Source: Candidatus Bathyarchaeia archaeon (GTDB lineage: Archaea; Thermoproteota; Bathyarchaeia; Bathyarchaeales; Bathycorpusculaceae). Taken from it: 64,000 nucleotides of DNA. The notes beneath the pieces are model-generated. The model was not told where the DNA came from and did no database searches. It worked only from the letters and a program-made list of their open reading frames with translations. Positions 39,081 to 50,084 of the stretch are shown piece by piece. Position 1 is the first letter of the stretch; every line of letters starts with the position of its first letter. Made by a program: the position numbers and the translations under genes. The stretch covers positions 1-64,000 of the forward strand of contig JBEKSS010000007.1 in NCBI GenBank assembly GCA_049516875.1, in the 5' to 3' direction.

Positions 39081-39318
39081 TGGACAACGCACCGGATGCA
39101 CAAAACCAGATGACAACTCTTGTTCTTATGCTTTAGCAATACTGCGGTAGGCGGTCGTTTTGAGGTTTAGATCCAGCGTCGGCTCGCCGTACAAAAGATG
39201 GCAACTCAATTCCATCAATCATTAGCGTCGCAGAAAGTCGTGGATTGAATGACGAATGGCAAAACCTTGATAGCGTATCCTACGAAGGGTGGAGTGACTG
39301 ACCGCTCTGTCGTTCAGG

Positions 39319-40296
39319 CTATCTGACGTAAGACTCGTTCAGCCAAACTCGCGCCCCATCAGTATCCATGGTTGCCTTGATTCCCATGGGCAACGGCAAG
39401 TTAGGCGTGTAATGACCGAAATCCATGCTCGCGATAATCGGAAAATCGTATTCTCCCGTTATGTCCAGAACGAGTTCCTTAGTCTCGTTCGTCATGTCTT
39501 TTATTCTGCGGCCCGACTTGCTTGATGAATCAGGCACTTCACCTCTCATCTTGCCGATCAACATGCCTCTTGTCCTATCAAACAACCCTGATTCTCTGAA
39601 GTGCACCAGCTTCGCGTCAAGTTCATCCAAAGGTTGCGCTATCGATTCCCAGAAGAAAATTATGTCCTCGTCCAAGTTTGGATAGTAGGGGGTCCCAAGC
39701 AGGGGCTCCGCGCTGTTTATGCTTCCGCCGAACAGTCTGCCCCTAGCCTTGCCTTCTCGCCACACTTCCCAATTGGTAAATGCCGGTAACAGCCCCACTG
39801 CCTCAGCGTTCTCGGTGATTCTGAAGAAAAGGCTTGTTTCGTACTTTGCTTCTTTGCTTTTCACGTCAGCCCCAAACCCGAAAACCACGTCTGTCTGATG
39901 AAGCCCCGTCAGGCCGGTTTTGGCCAGAAACGCCACGTGGAAGGTTGTGATGTTGCTCATGCCCGAGAAGATTTTGGGATTGTCCCTTATCAAATCGTAA
40001 TCCAGATGCCGCAACGTGCGAATCGCCACAGACCCGCCCAAGGCACAGACAATCGCGTCCACCTCTTCATCAGCAAACATATTGTTAATGTCTTCGGCTC
40101 GCTCAAGGTCTGTACCAGCCATGTATCCCATGTGCTGAAGCCTGACAGTCTTGCCTTCCTTTACCTTGAAGCCGAACCTTTTCAGGTTGTCAATGCCCTG
40201 ATTGTACTCCTGCTGAACCGGCAAAACCGGGTGTGAAGGGGCGATCACGCCAATGGTTCCGCCTTCCAAGAGCTTTGGGGGTTTCAACAGCCTCAT
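39319..40296 (-). CDS. S66 LD-carboxypeptidase / MccF-like protein
   Basis: IGVIAPS, AGTD.ERA.D, GMSNIT, DFGH. Confidence 0.9.
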   Translation of the reverse strand: MRLLKPPKLLEGGTIGVIAPSHPVLPVQQEYNQGIDNLKRFGFKVKEGKTVRLQHMGYMAGTDLERAEDINNMFADEEVDAIVCALGGSVAIRTLRHLDYDLIRDNPKIFSGMSNITTFHVAFLAKTGLTGLHQTDVVFGFGADVKSKEAKYETSLFFRITENAEAVGLLPAFTNWEVWREGKARGRLFGGSINSAEPLLGTPYYPNLDEDIIFFWESIAQPLDELDAKLVHFRESGLFDRTRGMLIGKMRGEVPDSSSKSGRRIKDMTNETKELVLDITGEYDFPIIASMDFGHYTPNLPLPMGIKATMDTDGARVWLNESYVR

Positions 40297-40448
40297 GCTT
40301 CTCAGCTCAATTCAATTCCAGATGACGAATTTCGTACAGATTGGACATATAAGTCTACCCTTGAACACAGGTACCCCTGGCATGTGCTACCAAAACAGAT
40401 AAGAACCTGAGTATGAACCAACAATGCGCAAGACGAGAGTGAATTGAG

Positions 40449-40643
40449 GTGCCATCAGAAATCTCTGATCCCGAAAGATTCGTCGAAATCAGTGCAAACG
40501 CTGAGTACTGCGCCGTCAAAAGATTGCAGGGCGTTGTGAAATTGAAGCTTAGGACACCAAAGAAGCTCTACACTCTGAAAGTTGAGCCTTTGAAGGCTGA
40601 GGAAGTCATCAAGAAGCTTCAATGCGAAATCCGAGAAATATAG
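40449..40643 (+). CDS. rpl38e: Ribosomal protein eL38
   Basis: MP.EI.D...F, VKLKLRT.K.LYTL. Confidence 0.85.
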   Translation: MPSEISDPERFVEISANAEYCAVKRLQGVVKLKLRTPKKLYTLKVEPLKAEEVIKKLQCEIREI

Positions 40644-40706
40644 GTGCAATTTGCAGAAGCTCGCATATTTTCTTCACTTGAATTCTTTCTTAGCGCGGGC
40701 AAAGAA

Positions 40707-41111
40707 TCAAGAGAGCGGAGGCGTGTTCTTATCCAAGAACTCTTGTTGCAGGCCGCCCTCAGATTTGAGGGAGGATCCACAGAAAGGACAGAAACCGAAT
40801 TCACCTTCTGGCAGTGCTTTCCCACATTGTGGACATGGCACCGCACTCTTGAATGCAATCTTCGCCAACTGCCCCACGAGTCTAGAGTATAAACGTGCGT
40901 AATAGAGATACACAGCGAATCCCACCGCGGCAATCACTAACCCGACAACCCCCAGATTGATAGAGTTTCCCGCAAGCGAACGGGTTGAAAAACCAGCAAC
41001 CGCCACAACGACAGCAACAAGGCAGGTTAGAAGACCGCCTCTCTCATTTCGCTTCGCATCCCTCATCATTTCCTGAAGAAGTGCAATCCTCGCCGCCTCA
41101 GACAAATTCAA
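40707..41111 (-). CDS. 2-TM protein with C-terminal zinc ribbon
   Basis: CPQCGK...FCPFCG. Confidence 0.7.
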   Translation of the reverse strand: MNLSEAARIALLQEMMRDAKRNERGGLLTCLVAVVVAVAGFSTRSLAGNSINLGVVGLVIAAVGFAVYLYYARLYSRLVGQLAKIAFKSAVPCPQCGKALPEGEFGFCPFCGSSLKSEGGLQQEFLDKNTPPLS

Positions 41112-41323
41112 CGCCTTTACCCTGGAATAGCGCAATGACCCTGTTTTGCGCAATATGAGAATTGCTGCGCGGACAGTAAATACGTTATGAATCCTCAATA
41201 AGAATCCATCCTCAAGTCGGCAGCTATTACACAAAGCATATACCTGTTTTTGGCAGGCGTCGGAGAAAACGTAATAGGAAGATGTTTTGTCTATCTGCAT
41301 AGGAAAAACGGTGGGAATATAAA

Positions 41324-42106
41324 CTGAAGATTTCAGTCGCTGGCAAGGGAGGTGTTGGAAAGACTCTGCTGGCTGCCGGTCTGGCTTTCTCCTTTGTCAG
41401 AAGAGGATTGAGTAGTATAGCGATTGATGCTGATCCTTCGCCGAACCTTGCTTTGACACTGGGGTTGTCTTCAGAGGAAGCGCGCAAAATCGTGCCTCTT
41501 TCAGAAAACAAGAGCTTGATTGAGTCCAAGACGAGCACGGAGTATTCAGGCATTTTCCGCCTGTCCTTCAGCGTGGACGATGTTGTACGCGACTTCTCAG
41601 TGAAGACCCCTTTCGGCGTGAACTTGATCGTGATGGGAACCGTGCAGTCGATGGGTTCAGGATGCACCTGCCCAGCAAACGCGCTCATCCGAGCACTGAT
41701 GCGTCACTTGATAGTGGAAAGGGACGAAGCTGTCATCCTAGACATGGAGGCAGGCTGCGAGCACATGGGCCGAGGAACAGCGCGACAAGTAGATTATATG
41801 CTCATAGTGACAGATGCAAACAGCAAATCCTTAGAAGTCGCCAATCACATTCACGCATTAGCCGCAGGAGCTGGAATGAAACAGGTCTTCCTAGTCGAAA
41901 ACAAGGTGGCGAATGAAAATCAAAAAGCCGTCATCGAAAAGTTCGCTCAAGAAAACGGTTTAAAGGTTCTAGACTCCATCCCATTCGACGAGACGGTTGT
42001 GGAGGCGGAAATGCGAGGCGAAACCCCGCTCAAGAACGAGTCTTCGAAAGCATTGGTCGCCATAGAAAAACTCTGCGAGAAACTCATGGCAAAGAACAAC
42101 CCATAA
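41324..42106 (+). CDS. cooC: CooC nickel-insertion ATPase (CTG start)
   Basis: (M)KISVAGKGGVGKT in frame upstream of track ORF; IDADP, GCTCP, DMEAG.EH..RG. Confidence 0.92.
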   Translation: MKISVAGKGGVGKTLLAAGLAFSFVRRGLSSIAIDADPSPNLALTLGLSSEEARKIVPLSENKSLIESKTSTEYSGIFRLSFSVDDVVRDFSVKTPFGVNLIVMGTVQSMGSGCTCPANALIRALMRHLIVERDEAVILDMEAGCEHMGRGTARQVDYMLIVTDANSKSLEVANHIHALAAGAGMKQVFLVENKVANENQKAVIEKFAQENGLKVLDSIPFDETVVEAEMRGETPLKNESSKALVAIEKLCEKLMAKNNP

Positions 42107-42122
42107 ATCTGAAAGGACACTC

Positions 42123-42920
42123 GTGTGTGCAGAGGAGAGCAGGAAAGATTTGAAGACGCTTGTCACCATTGGCCGTGGAGGGACGGGAAAAACAAGTTTT
42201 GTAGCTATGACGGCCAAGTACTTCAGCGAGGCTGGAGAAGCGCCTCTATTGTTGGTGGACGCTGACCCTGATCAGAATTTGGGTGAAATGGTCGGGGTAG
42301 ACCTGAAAGAAGTGGGGAAGAAGAGTATCTCGGACTTGCTCGTGGAGACTTTTTTGGAAGAGGGCGGGACCACAGTTGGCGTCGCGCCTACTGAGCGGAT
42401 TGGAAACAAGATATGGGCCCGGGGCATGTACGAAGGTGACAGTTTCGACTTCATCGCCCTTGGCACAAAATGGGTCGAGGGATGCTACTGCTTGCCGAAC
42501 GCGGCTCTGAAAGGGGCACTGGAATCCCTGACGAAGAACTACCGGTACGTGCTCATCGATTCACCAGCGGGCCTAGAGCATCTGAACCGAAGAATCGCCA
42601 CAAGAGTTAACGATGTCTTCGACGTAATAGACCCCTCCAAAAAATCCATCGACCACGTCGAACGGGCTTATCGTGTGGCCAAAGAGGTCAAGATAGACTT
42701 CGAAAACTTCTACGTTGTCGGCGGCTACAGGCTGCCGGAAAACCTGCGAAGCCACGTTGAGAACGCTTTGAAGTTCAAGTACTTGGGCAAGATAACCCGC
42801 GACGAAAAAGTCGAGGAGTACGTTCTTGCAGGAAAATCCCTGCTCGACCTGCCCTCAGACTCTCCAGCGTTCGTTTCCGTAAAGGAAATAATGAGATCAG
42901 CCGGCTACATCAACCGTTGA
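42123..42920 (+). CDS. cooC: CooC/AcsF-type ATPase, second copy
   Basis: GRGGTGKT, VDADP, GCYC, AGLEHLNR. Confidence 0.9.
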   Translation: MCAEESRKDLKTLVTIGRGGTGKTSFVAMTAKYFSEAGEAPLLLVDADPDQNLGEMVGVDLKEVGKKSISDLLVETFLEEGGTTVGVAPTERIGNKIWARGMYEGDSFDFIALGTKWVEGCYCLPNAALKGALESLTKNYRYVLIDSPAGLEHLNRRIATRVNDVFDVIDPSKKSIDHVERAYRVAKEVKIDFENFYVVGGYRLPENLRSHVENALKFKYLGKITRDEKVEEYVLAGKSLLDLPSDSPAFVSVKEIMRSAGYINR

Positions 42921-43079
42921 TCACTATCGGCTTTAGAACCTGGATACATCGCATTCTATGAAAGAAGGTCGGTCGCTGGGGCCGAATTTGAAATGATAAA
43001 ACGGCAGCATTTCAAGACAAACTTAAAATAATTCTGCGACTATGTTACAACCTCTGAAAATCTCCAGGTTGGTTTCTAA

Positions 43080-45428
43080 TTGAGCAGAAAAGGTGTTAAA
43101 GTAAAGATTGGAGAATTGAAGACCGACGTTGGGGTTATCAAGAATCTTGAGCTTTCTGTGGGCAAGGTTGTTGACGAATCATGGGCTGAGCCGATGGGGC
43201 CAACGCCCTTTCCTTCCATGACCGCCCTCAGAGAGTGGGACAAGAAGCTCCTTCAACGTTACAAACCGTTTTACATGCCCTTCTGCGACGTTTGCTGCCT
43301 CTGCACATACGGAAAATGTGACTTAACGGGAAACAAGCGTGGGGCATGCGGAATAGACATGTCTGCGCAGCAGTCGAGAACAGTCCTTCTGGCTTGCTGC
43401 ATAGGAGCGTCGACGCACATCGGTCACGCTCGTCATCTGGTTGAACACTTGATCAAGAAATTCGGGCGCAGGAAGACCCTCAACGTGGGCGGCCTGAACG
43501 TCAAAGTTGAGGCCCCAATCATACGGCTTGTCTGCGGAACAAAGCCCCAGACACTTGGTGACTTGGAGGAGGTATTGGACTACGCTGAAACCCAGCTTAC
43601 GAATTTGCTCGCGGTCACGCACACGGGTATGGAGGGAAACAGCACCGATTTTGAATCAAAGGTTCTCCACACCGGTATGATAGACCACGTCGGGATGGAG
43701 GTCGCGGACATCGCTCAGGTTGCAACCTACGGCTTTCCAAAGGCTGACCCTGATTCTCCTCTTGTCGATTTGGGGTTCGGAACCATAAAACCAGAGAAAC
43801 CCGCTATCCTTGTCATAGGCCACAACGTTGTTCCATCCGTCGGAATAATAGACTACATGAAGGAAAGCGGGGCAGACGGCGAAATCGAGGTGTGCGGCCT
43901 CTGCTGCACGGCACACGACATCACAAGGTATCACAAAAAAGCCAAGATTGTGGGTCCGATTTCATGGCAGCTTCGCTTCATAAGAAGCGGTGTTCCAGAC
44001 GTTGTCGTGTTAGATGAGCAGTGCATCAGAACAGACGCCTTAAACGAGGCTCAAAACATCAAAGCTCCTGTCATCGTAGCTTCTGAGAAGAACTGCATGG
44101 GCTTGCCAGATCGTACTAATGACCCTGCAGACTCGATTGTCGAAGATCTCGTAAGTGGAAAGACGCCTGGCGTACTGATTCTTGATCCGGAAAAAGTCGG
44201 AGAAGTCGCAGTTAAAACAGCGTTGAAAGTCGCGCCTATGCGGAAAAAGTTCAAGACAATTCCAGAGGCTGAAGAACTTGTCCGAAGGGCGAAAGAGTGC
44301 AAGCAATGCAGCGACTGTAGAAGAGCCTGCCCACAGGACCTTGACATTCCCGAGGCCGTGAAGGCTGCTGGCAAGGGAAACTTGGCGGAGCTGGCAGACC
44401 TGTACGAACTGTGCGTTGGGTGTGGGCGTTGCGAACAGGCATGCCCAGTCGGGCTGCAAATCCACAGTTTCATCGTGAAGGCTGGAGAAAAGAAGCTGAG
44501 AGAGGAAACCTACAAGATCCGGGCTGGGAGGGGAGCCATACAGGACGTTGAAATAAGGAATGTAGGGAGCCCTATCGTGCTCGGTGAGATTCCGGGCGTT
44601 GTCGCTTTCGTGGGCTGCGCAAACTATCCCAAGGGCGGAGCGGAAGTGGCAGAAATGGTGACCGAGTTTGCTAACAGGCGCTACATAGTTGTGACTTCCG
44701 GATGCTCCGCTATGTCTGCTGCCATGCACAAGAATGAGGAGGGTAAAACTCCTTACGAAACCTTCACGGGCGAATTTGCTGCAGGCGGAGTTGTCAACGT
44801 CGGCTCATGCGTGGCGAATTCGCACATCGCCGGTGCTGCAATAAAAATTGCCAGCATATTTGCGAAACGCAATCTGAGAGGCAACTATGAGGAAATTGCT
44901 GACTACATATTGAACCGTGTCGGTGCGGTCGGAGTGGCATGGGGAGCCATGTCCCAGAAGGCGGCAGCAATCGCAAGCGGCTTCTGGAGGCTCGGAATAC
45001 CTGTGGTAGTGGGTCCACACGGAACAAAGTATCGCCGCATGCTGCTCGGAAGAGCTGACCGCGAAGAGGACTGGTACGTTTGTGACGCGCGAACCGGAGA
45101 GAAAGTGTACGTCGGGCCTACGCCCGAACATCTGTTCTGCGCCGTTGAGACGAAGGAAGAAGCAATGGTCATGATTGCCAAGCTTTGTATGAGGCCTAAT
45201 GACACGTCGAAGGGCCGAGCTATAAAGCTCACACATTACATCGACTTGCACAAGAGACTGTTTGGAACCATGCCTGAAGACATTCCTCCGTTCGTCCGCA
45301 ACGTTGCCGACATACCAGTCACGATGAAAGACGAAATCATGAAGATTCTGCAGGACAAGAAGTGGAAGGAAACAGTCATCCCCGACCCAACTCTCTTGCC
45401 CAGAATGATCAGAAAGAGGAAGGAGTGA
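43080..45428 (+). CDS. cdhA: CODH/ACS complex alpha subunit
   Basis: CDVCCLCTYGKC, GHN, GLCCT, two 4Fe-4S motifs, RPND. Confidence 0.97.
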   Translation: MSRKGVKVKIGELKTDVGVIKNLELSVGKVVDESWAEPMGPTPFPSMTALREWDKKLLQRYKPFYMPFCDVCCLCTYGKCDLTGNKRGACGIDMSAQQSRTVLLACCIGASTHIGHARHLVEHLIKKFGRRKTLNVGGLNVKVEAPIIRLVCGTKPQTLGDLEEVLDYAETQLTNLLAVTHTGMEGNSTDFESKVLHTGMIDHVGMEVADIAQVATYGFPKADPDSPLVDLGFGTIKPEKPAILVIGHNVVPSVGIIDYMKESGADGEIEVCGLCCTAHDITRYHKKAKIVGPISWQLRFIRSGVPDVVVLDEQCIRTDALNEAQNIKAPVIVASEKNCMGLPDRTNDPADSIVEDLVSGKTPGVLILDPEKVGEVAVKTALKVAPMRKKFKTIPEAEELVRRAKECKQCSDCRRACPQDLDIPEAVKAAGKGNLAELADLYELCVGCGRCEQACPVGLQIHSFIVKAGEKKLREETYKIRAGRGAIQDVEIRNVGSPIVLGEIPGVVAFVGCANYPKGGAEVAEMVTEFANRRYIVVTSGCSAMSAAMHKNEEGKTPYETFTGEFAAGGVVNVGSCVANSHIAGAAIKIASIFAKRNLRGNYEEIADYILNRVGAVGVAWGAMSQKAAAIASGFWRLGIPVVVGPHGTKYRRMLLGRADREEDWYVCDARTGEKVYVGPTPEHLFCAVETKEEAMVMIAKLCMRPNDTSKGRAIKLTHYIDLHKRLFGTMPEDIPPFVRNVADIPVTMKDEIMKILQDKKWKETVIPDPTLLPRMIRKRKE

Positions 45429-45433
45429 GAGTC

Positions 45434-45979
45434 ATGGCAGCGGAGCCTTGGCAAACAGCCGAAGTCTCAGGTCCGAAAAAAGCCTCTGTGATAACAAAGC
45501 CTGAAGTCGTCGTTGCGATGATCAAAAAGGCCAAGCATCCAATACTTGTAGTCGGCCACAAAGCCGCGGAAACCGATCTTGAAGACAGGAAGTTGATTGA
45601 CTTCATCGTTGATTTTGTCCAGAAGACGAAGATTCCTGTTGTCGCTACAGCCCACACGGTTAGCGAGTTCTTGAAGAGGTCGTATCGGCCTGCAGGTTGG
45701 ATGCCTGCAGTGGACATCGGAAACAGGCTTGCAGACTCAGAGTGGAGAGGAATTGACGGTAAAGGCCCACACGACTTGGCCTTGTTCGTCGGTCTACCCT
45801 ATTATATGGAGCTAACCATTCTTTCCGGACTCAAACATTACGCACCGCAACTCAAAACGGTGACGTTGGACAACGTTTATCACTCTCACGCAAGCTGGTC
45901 TTTCCCAAACATCTCCACAAAGGACTGGGTAGAAAACCTCAAGGTCATAATTGACAAATCTGAAGCAGGAGGCAAATAG
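45434..45979 (+). CDS. cdhB: CODH/ACS epsilon subunit
   Basis: IKKAKHPILVVG, W.GIDGKG.HDL, ASWSF.N; operon position. Confidence 0.95.
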   Translation: MAAEPWQTAEVSGPKKASVITKPEVVVAMIKKAKHPILVVGHKAAETDLEDRKLIDFIVDFVQKTKIPVVATAHTVSEFLKRSYRPAGWMPAVDIGNRLADSEWRGIDGKGPHDLALFVGLPYYMELTILSGLKHYAPQLKTVTLDNVYHSHASWSFPNISTKDWVENLKVIIDKSEAGGK

Positions 45980-45983
45980 AGAA

Positions 45984-47393
45984 ATGTCGATGTTCAAGGA
46001 CATCCCCGTAGACGTGGGCGTAATCTACGAGGGAGAAAGAATCCGAAGAAAAGACATGTTCGTAGAACTCGGAGGGCCAGATGTTAAAGAAAAGTTTGAA
46101 CTGGCACGAGTGAAGGGGCCGGAGGAAATCGAAGACGGAAAAGTGACAATCATAGGGCCAGACTTGAAGGACATGCAAGAGGGACAGGCGTATCCATTCG
46201 GCATCCTCATCGAGGTTGCAGGCGCCAAACTCGACCCAGAACTCGAGGGAGTGATAGAAAGACGCATACATGCCTTCAGCAACTTCATCGAGGGCTTCAT
46301 GCACCTCAACCAACGCTACGACATTTGGCTCAGGCTGAGCAAGAAATCCTTCCAGAAAGGGCTAAACTCCTTCGAGTACATAGGAAAAGTTCTGCACCGA
46401 CTCTTCAAGAGCGAGCTGCCGATAATCGAGAAAATGCAGGTGACCTTCTTCACCGACCCAGAAAGGGTGAAAGAACTGTACGGGGAGGCCTTGCAGATTT
46501 ATGAAGCCAGAGACGCCAGAGCCAGAGGGCTAAAGGATGAAGAGGTTGACAAGTTTTACGGCTGCGTTCTGTGCCAATCGTTTGCTCCGACCCACGTGTG
46601 CGTCATCACGCCTCAGCGATACTCCAACTGCGGAGCCATAAGCTGGTTCGATGGGAAAGCGGCGGCAAGCATAGACCCGAAGGGGCCGATCTTCACGATC
46701 GAAAGGGGAGAGCAGCTGGACGCTGAGAAGGGAGAGTATTCAGGAGCGAACGAAGCTGTCAAGAAAAAGTCCTTGGGAGAAATCACGAGAGTCCAGCTTT
46801 ACACCGCTTTTGGTTACCCACACACTTCATGCGGCTGTTTTGAAGGCGTAGCCTTCTACATTCCCGAGGCCGACGGATTAGGCATCGTCCACAGAGGCTA
46901 CAAAGACGTAACCGTGAACGGTCTCGCGTTCTCAACGTTGGCCGACTCGACAGCAGGCGGCCGTCAAGTGGACGGTTTCCACGGACTGTCAATCGAGTAC
47001 ATGCGCTCTTCAAAGTTCCTGCAGGCTGACGGCGGCTGGAACAGGGTGGTGTGGATGCCCAAAGAAGTGAAAGAGAGAGTAAAGGACTTTATTCCGCCTG
47101 AGCTTGTTGACAAGATTGCCACTGAAGAGAACGCGAAGACCATTGACGAGTTGAAGGTTTTTCTGAAAGAGCGCAGCCACCCAGTTGTTGCAAGCTGGAA
47201 GGAAGAAGCGGCAGCAGTCGCAGAGGCTGCACCAGAAGAAGCGAGGGAGGGAGCTCAGTTAGTGCCAACCGTCACGGCGGCGACGCTGCCCATAACCGCG
47301 GGCGGCTTCAAGATAATCTTGAAGGACGCGAAAATCTACGCGAAGAAAGTGATTATCCGCCAACTTAGAAACGAAAAATCGGAGAATAGGTGA
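45984..47393 (+). CDS. cdhC: Acetyl-CoA synthase beta subunit
   Basis: YEGERIR, CVLCQSFAP.HVC, PHTSCGCFE. Confidence 0.97.
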   Translation: MSMFKDIPVDVGVIYEGERIRRKDMFVELGGPDVKEKFELARVKGPEEIEDGKVTIIGPDLKDMQEGQAYPFGILIEVAGAKLDPELEGVIERRIHAFSNFIEGFMHLNQRYDIWLRLSKKSFQKGLNSFEYIGKVLHRLFKSELPIIEKMQVTFFTDPERVKELYGEALQIYEARDARARGLKDEEVDKFYGCVLCQSFAPTHVCVITPQRYSNCGAISWFDGKAAASIDPKGPIFTIERGEQLDAEKGEYSGANEAVKKKSLGEITRVQLYTAFGYPHTSCGCFEGVAFYIPEADGLGIVHRGYKDVTVNGLAFSTLADSTAGGRQVDGFHGLSIEYMRSSKFLQADGGWNRVVWMPKEVKERVKDFIPPELVDKIATEENAKTIDELKVFLKERSHPVVASWKEEAAAVAEAAPEEAREGAQLVPTVTAATLPITAGGFKIILKDAKIYAKKVIIRQLRNEKSENR

Positions 47394-47399
47394 AAAGGT

Positions 47400-48626
47400 T
47401 TGCCAGAAAAGGAGAAAGAGAAAGAAGAGAACCCTCTTGGACTGAAGTTCAGCTCACGTTTAACAGAGCTGCTTGCAAAACTTCAAGAAATAGAACTTGA
47501 AGACTTCGAAATGGACGTGGGCGATTTAGAAATCTCGATTCAACCGGGCGCAGTTGCTTCGCCCGTAATATCGCAACCCAAGATTGCCCCACCGACAAAG
47601 ATTAAGCCCCAGGTCATCATACAGACAGAGTTTATTCCACCCATCAAAACCTATCCCGGCCAAGTTGTTGAAGTTACGCTTGGAGCGACGAAAAAAGACG
47701 GTGGAACCCGCGGAAAAACTGTGGTCATCGGCGGCGAGACGACACCGGCCTTCTACACGTTTGAAAAACCCACGTTGCACCCTCCCGTCATAGCGTTAGA
47801 CGTTTTCGACATGGAAGTTCCCCTTCCAAAGGCTGTCAAGATGCACGTGAAAGAAGTCTTGGGTGATCCTGCGGCTTGGGCCAAGCTTGCAGTCGAAAAG
47901 TTCGGAGCTGACCTACTGACAATACATTTGATAAGCATTGACCCCATGCTAAAGAACGCTTCGCCGAAAGAGGCGGTCAAGACCGTTGAGAGGGTCGTTC
48001 AGGCTGTGGACGTGCCTCTTGTGATTGGCGGATGTGGAGATTCAGTTAAGGACGCAGACGTTTTCGCAGAAATCGCTGAAACTTTTGCCGGTGAAAGGTT
48101 TCTCATCAGCTCGGTGACGAGGGACATGGATGTTGAACGCTGCGCAAAGTTCATCAAGAAAAATGGGCACGTGGCGTTGTCCTTCACCCCGATGGATTTG
48201 AACCTGGCCAGAGAGCTCAATCGTCGACTATATGACTTCCTCCCCAAAGAGGACATCGTCATGGATTTAACGACCGCGGCACTCGGATACGGACTGGACT
48301 ATGCGTTCACCAACATGGAAAGGGCCCGACTCGGCGCGCTGATGGGCGACCCTGAACTAGCGCATCCAATGTCTTCAGGAACTACGAACGCTTGGGCGGC
48401 AAGGGAAGCTTGGCTGAAAATGGCCCCGGAATGGGAACCCCGCGAGCTGCGAGGCCCACTTTGGGAAGTGACGACCGCTTTGACGCTTCTGCTTGCTGGT
48501 GTCGACTTGTTTATGATGATGCACCCGGCTGCAGTGAAAACTCTTAAGGACATAACAAGGCAACTGGGAAGCGACAGTTCAGGCAACGCTGACAAACTTG
48601 TCGAATGGGTTTCAGCCAAAACTTAG
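47400..48626 (+). CDS. cdhD: Corrinoid Fe-S protein delta subunit
   Basis: GGTR, TTAALGYGLDY, NAWAAREAW, MMHP. Confidence 0.96.
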   Translation: MPEKEKEKEENPLGLKFSSRLTELLAKLQEIELEDFEMDVGDLEISIQPGAVASPVISQPKIAPPTKIKPQVIIQTEFIPPIKTYPGQVVEVTLGATKKDGGTRGKTVVIGGETTPAFYTFEKPTLHPPVIALDVFDMEVPLPKAVKMHVKEVLGDPAAWAKLAVEKFGADLLTIHLISIDPMLKNASPKEAVKTVERVVQAVDVPLVIGGCGDSVKDADVFAEIAETFAGERFLISSVTRDMDVERCAKFIKKNGHVALSFTPMDLNLARELNRRLYDFLPKEDIVMDLTTAALGYGLDYAFTNMERARLGALMGDPELAHPMSSGTTNAWAAREAWLKMAPEWEPRELRGPLWEVTTALTLLLAGVDLFMMMHPAAVKTLKDITRQLGSDSSGNADKLVEWVSAKT

Positions 48627-48644
48627 ACTTGAGGGTGGGCGCTT

Positions 48645-50084
48645 ATGAGTGAAAGAGAAGGCAAAGGAAGAATTGGCATAAAGGAACTAAGCCCGATAGA
48701 CGTTTACAAGCTTCTTCCAAAGACGAACTGCAAAGAATGCGGAGAAGAAAACTGCTTAGCGTTTGCAACGAAGCTGGTCAACCGAGAAGTAACGTTAGAG
48801 AAATGCAAACCGCTGCTTGCCAAAATGCAGGAGAAAGCCTACAAACAACTGAAAGAAATGCTGAAACCAGCCATAAAAGAAGTTGCAGTAGGCGTAGGCG
48901 ACAAAGCTGTAAAGATCGGCGGAAAACTCGTCATGTACCGACACGAGTTCACCTACACCAACCCAACCGCAATTGCCATCGATGTCACCGATGAAATGCC
49001 TGAAGAAATGATCCTGGACCGAGTGAAGCGGACTGAAGGCTTCAACTTCGAGTACATAGGACAAGTGCTGAGGCTCAACATGGTTGCCGTTCGCTCCACT
49101 TCAAACGACCCTGACAAGTTCGCGGCCGCCGTCAGAAAAGTAGCGGAAAACACAGACCTGCCCCTGATTTTATGCTCGTTGGACCCGAATGTTCTGGAAG
49201 CAGGAGTAATGGCCATTCCTAAATCTAGACCGCTCTTGTACGCGGCTACGAAAGACAACTGGAAAGAAATGGCAGAGCTTGCCTTGATGTACAATTGCCC
49301 TCTTGCAGTTTTTGCGCCAAACGATCTGAAAATGCTTCTCTCCTTGACCCGAACCTTGCTTGAATATGGCGTCGAAGACCTAGTGCTGGATCCAGGCACC
49401 TTCCCAAGCGACGGCTTGGCAGACATGCTTAACAACTTCACGATGATACGCAGAGCTGCATGCGAGAAGGGAGAAGAACTCTGCGGTTTTCCACTCATAG
49501 GCGTACCGATGGTCACGTGGACGGAGAGAGGCGAAGCAGTGGACGAAATTGTGAAGTGGAGAGAAGCCTACTTGGCGTCAATGCTCATCGTCCGCTTCGC
49601 AGACATCATCATCGTGCACAGTGTTGACGGCTGGTCACTTCTTCCAAACGTTATACTGCGACAAAACATTTACACCGACCCAAGAAAGCCCGTGGCCGTT
49701 GAGTCCGGTCTGAAGTCGTTCGGCACTCCTGAAGAGAATTCGCCGGTGATGTTCACTACAAACTTTGCACTCACATACTACACAGTCGCCTCGGACATCG
49801 AATCAGCGAAGATAAACGCATACCTGCTTGTTGTAGACACAGAAGGAACGGCCGTGGACAGTGCCGTTGCAGGGAGAAAGCTGACCGCAGAAAAAATCGC
49901 CGATGCAATAAAGGCTTCAGGTATCGAAAACAAGGTCAAGCACAAGAAACTCATAATTCCAGGAAAATCTGCGCGCCTCAGCGGCGAAATTGAGGAGCTC
50001 AGCGGCTGGCAAGTCTTGGTTGGCCCCAGAGACTCTTCAGAGATTCCCAAATTCCTGCAGGAAAAATGGCAAAACCAGTCGTGA
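48645..50084 (+). CDS. cdhE: Corrinoid Fe-S protein gamma subunit
   Basis: LPKTNCKECGEENCLAFA, YTDPRKP, TTNFALTY. Confidence 0.97.
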   Translation: MSEREGKGRIGIKELSPIDVYKLLPKTNCKECGEENCLAFATKLVNREVTLEKCKPLLAKMQEKAYKQLKEMLKPAIKEVAVGVGDKAVKIGGKLVMYRHEFTYTNPTAIAIDVTDEMPEEMILDRVKRTEGFNFEYIGQVLRLNMVAVRSTSNDPDKFAAAVRKVAENTDLPLILCSLDPNVLEAGVMAIPKSRPLLYAATKDNWKEMAELALMYNCPLAVFAPNDLKMLLSLTRTLLEYGVEDLVLDPGTFPSDGLADMLNNFTMIRRAACEKGEELCGFPLIGVPMVTWTERGEAVDEIVKWREAYLASMLIVRFADIIIVHSVDGWSLLPNVILRQNIYTDPRKPVAVESGLKSFGTPEENSPVMFTTNFALTYYTVASDIESAKINAYLLVVDTEGTAVDSAVAGRKLTAEKIADAIKASGIENKVKHKKLIIPGKSARLSGEIEELSGWQVLVGPRDSSEIPKFLQEKWQNQS

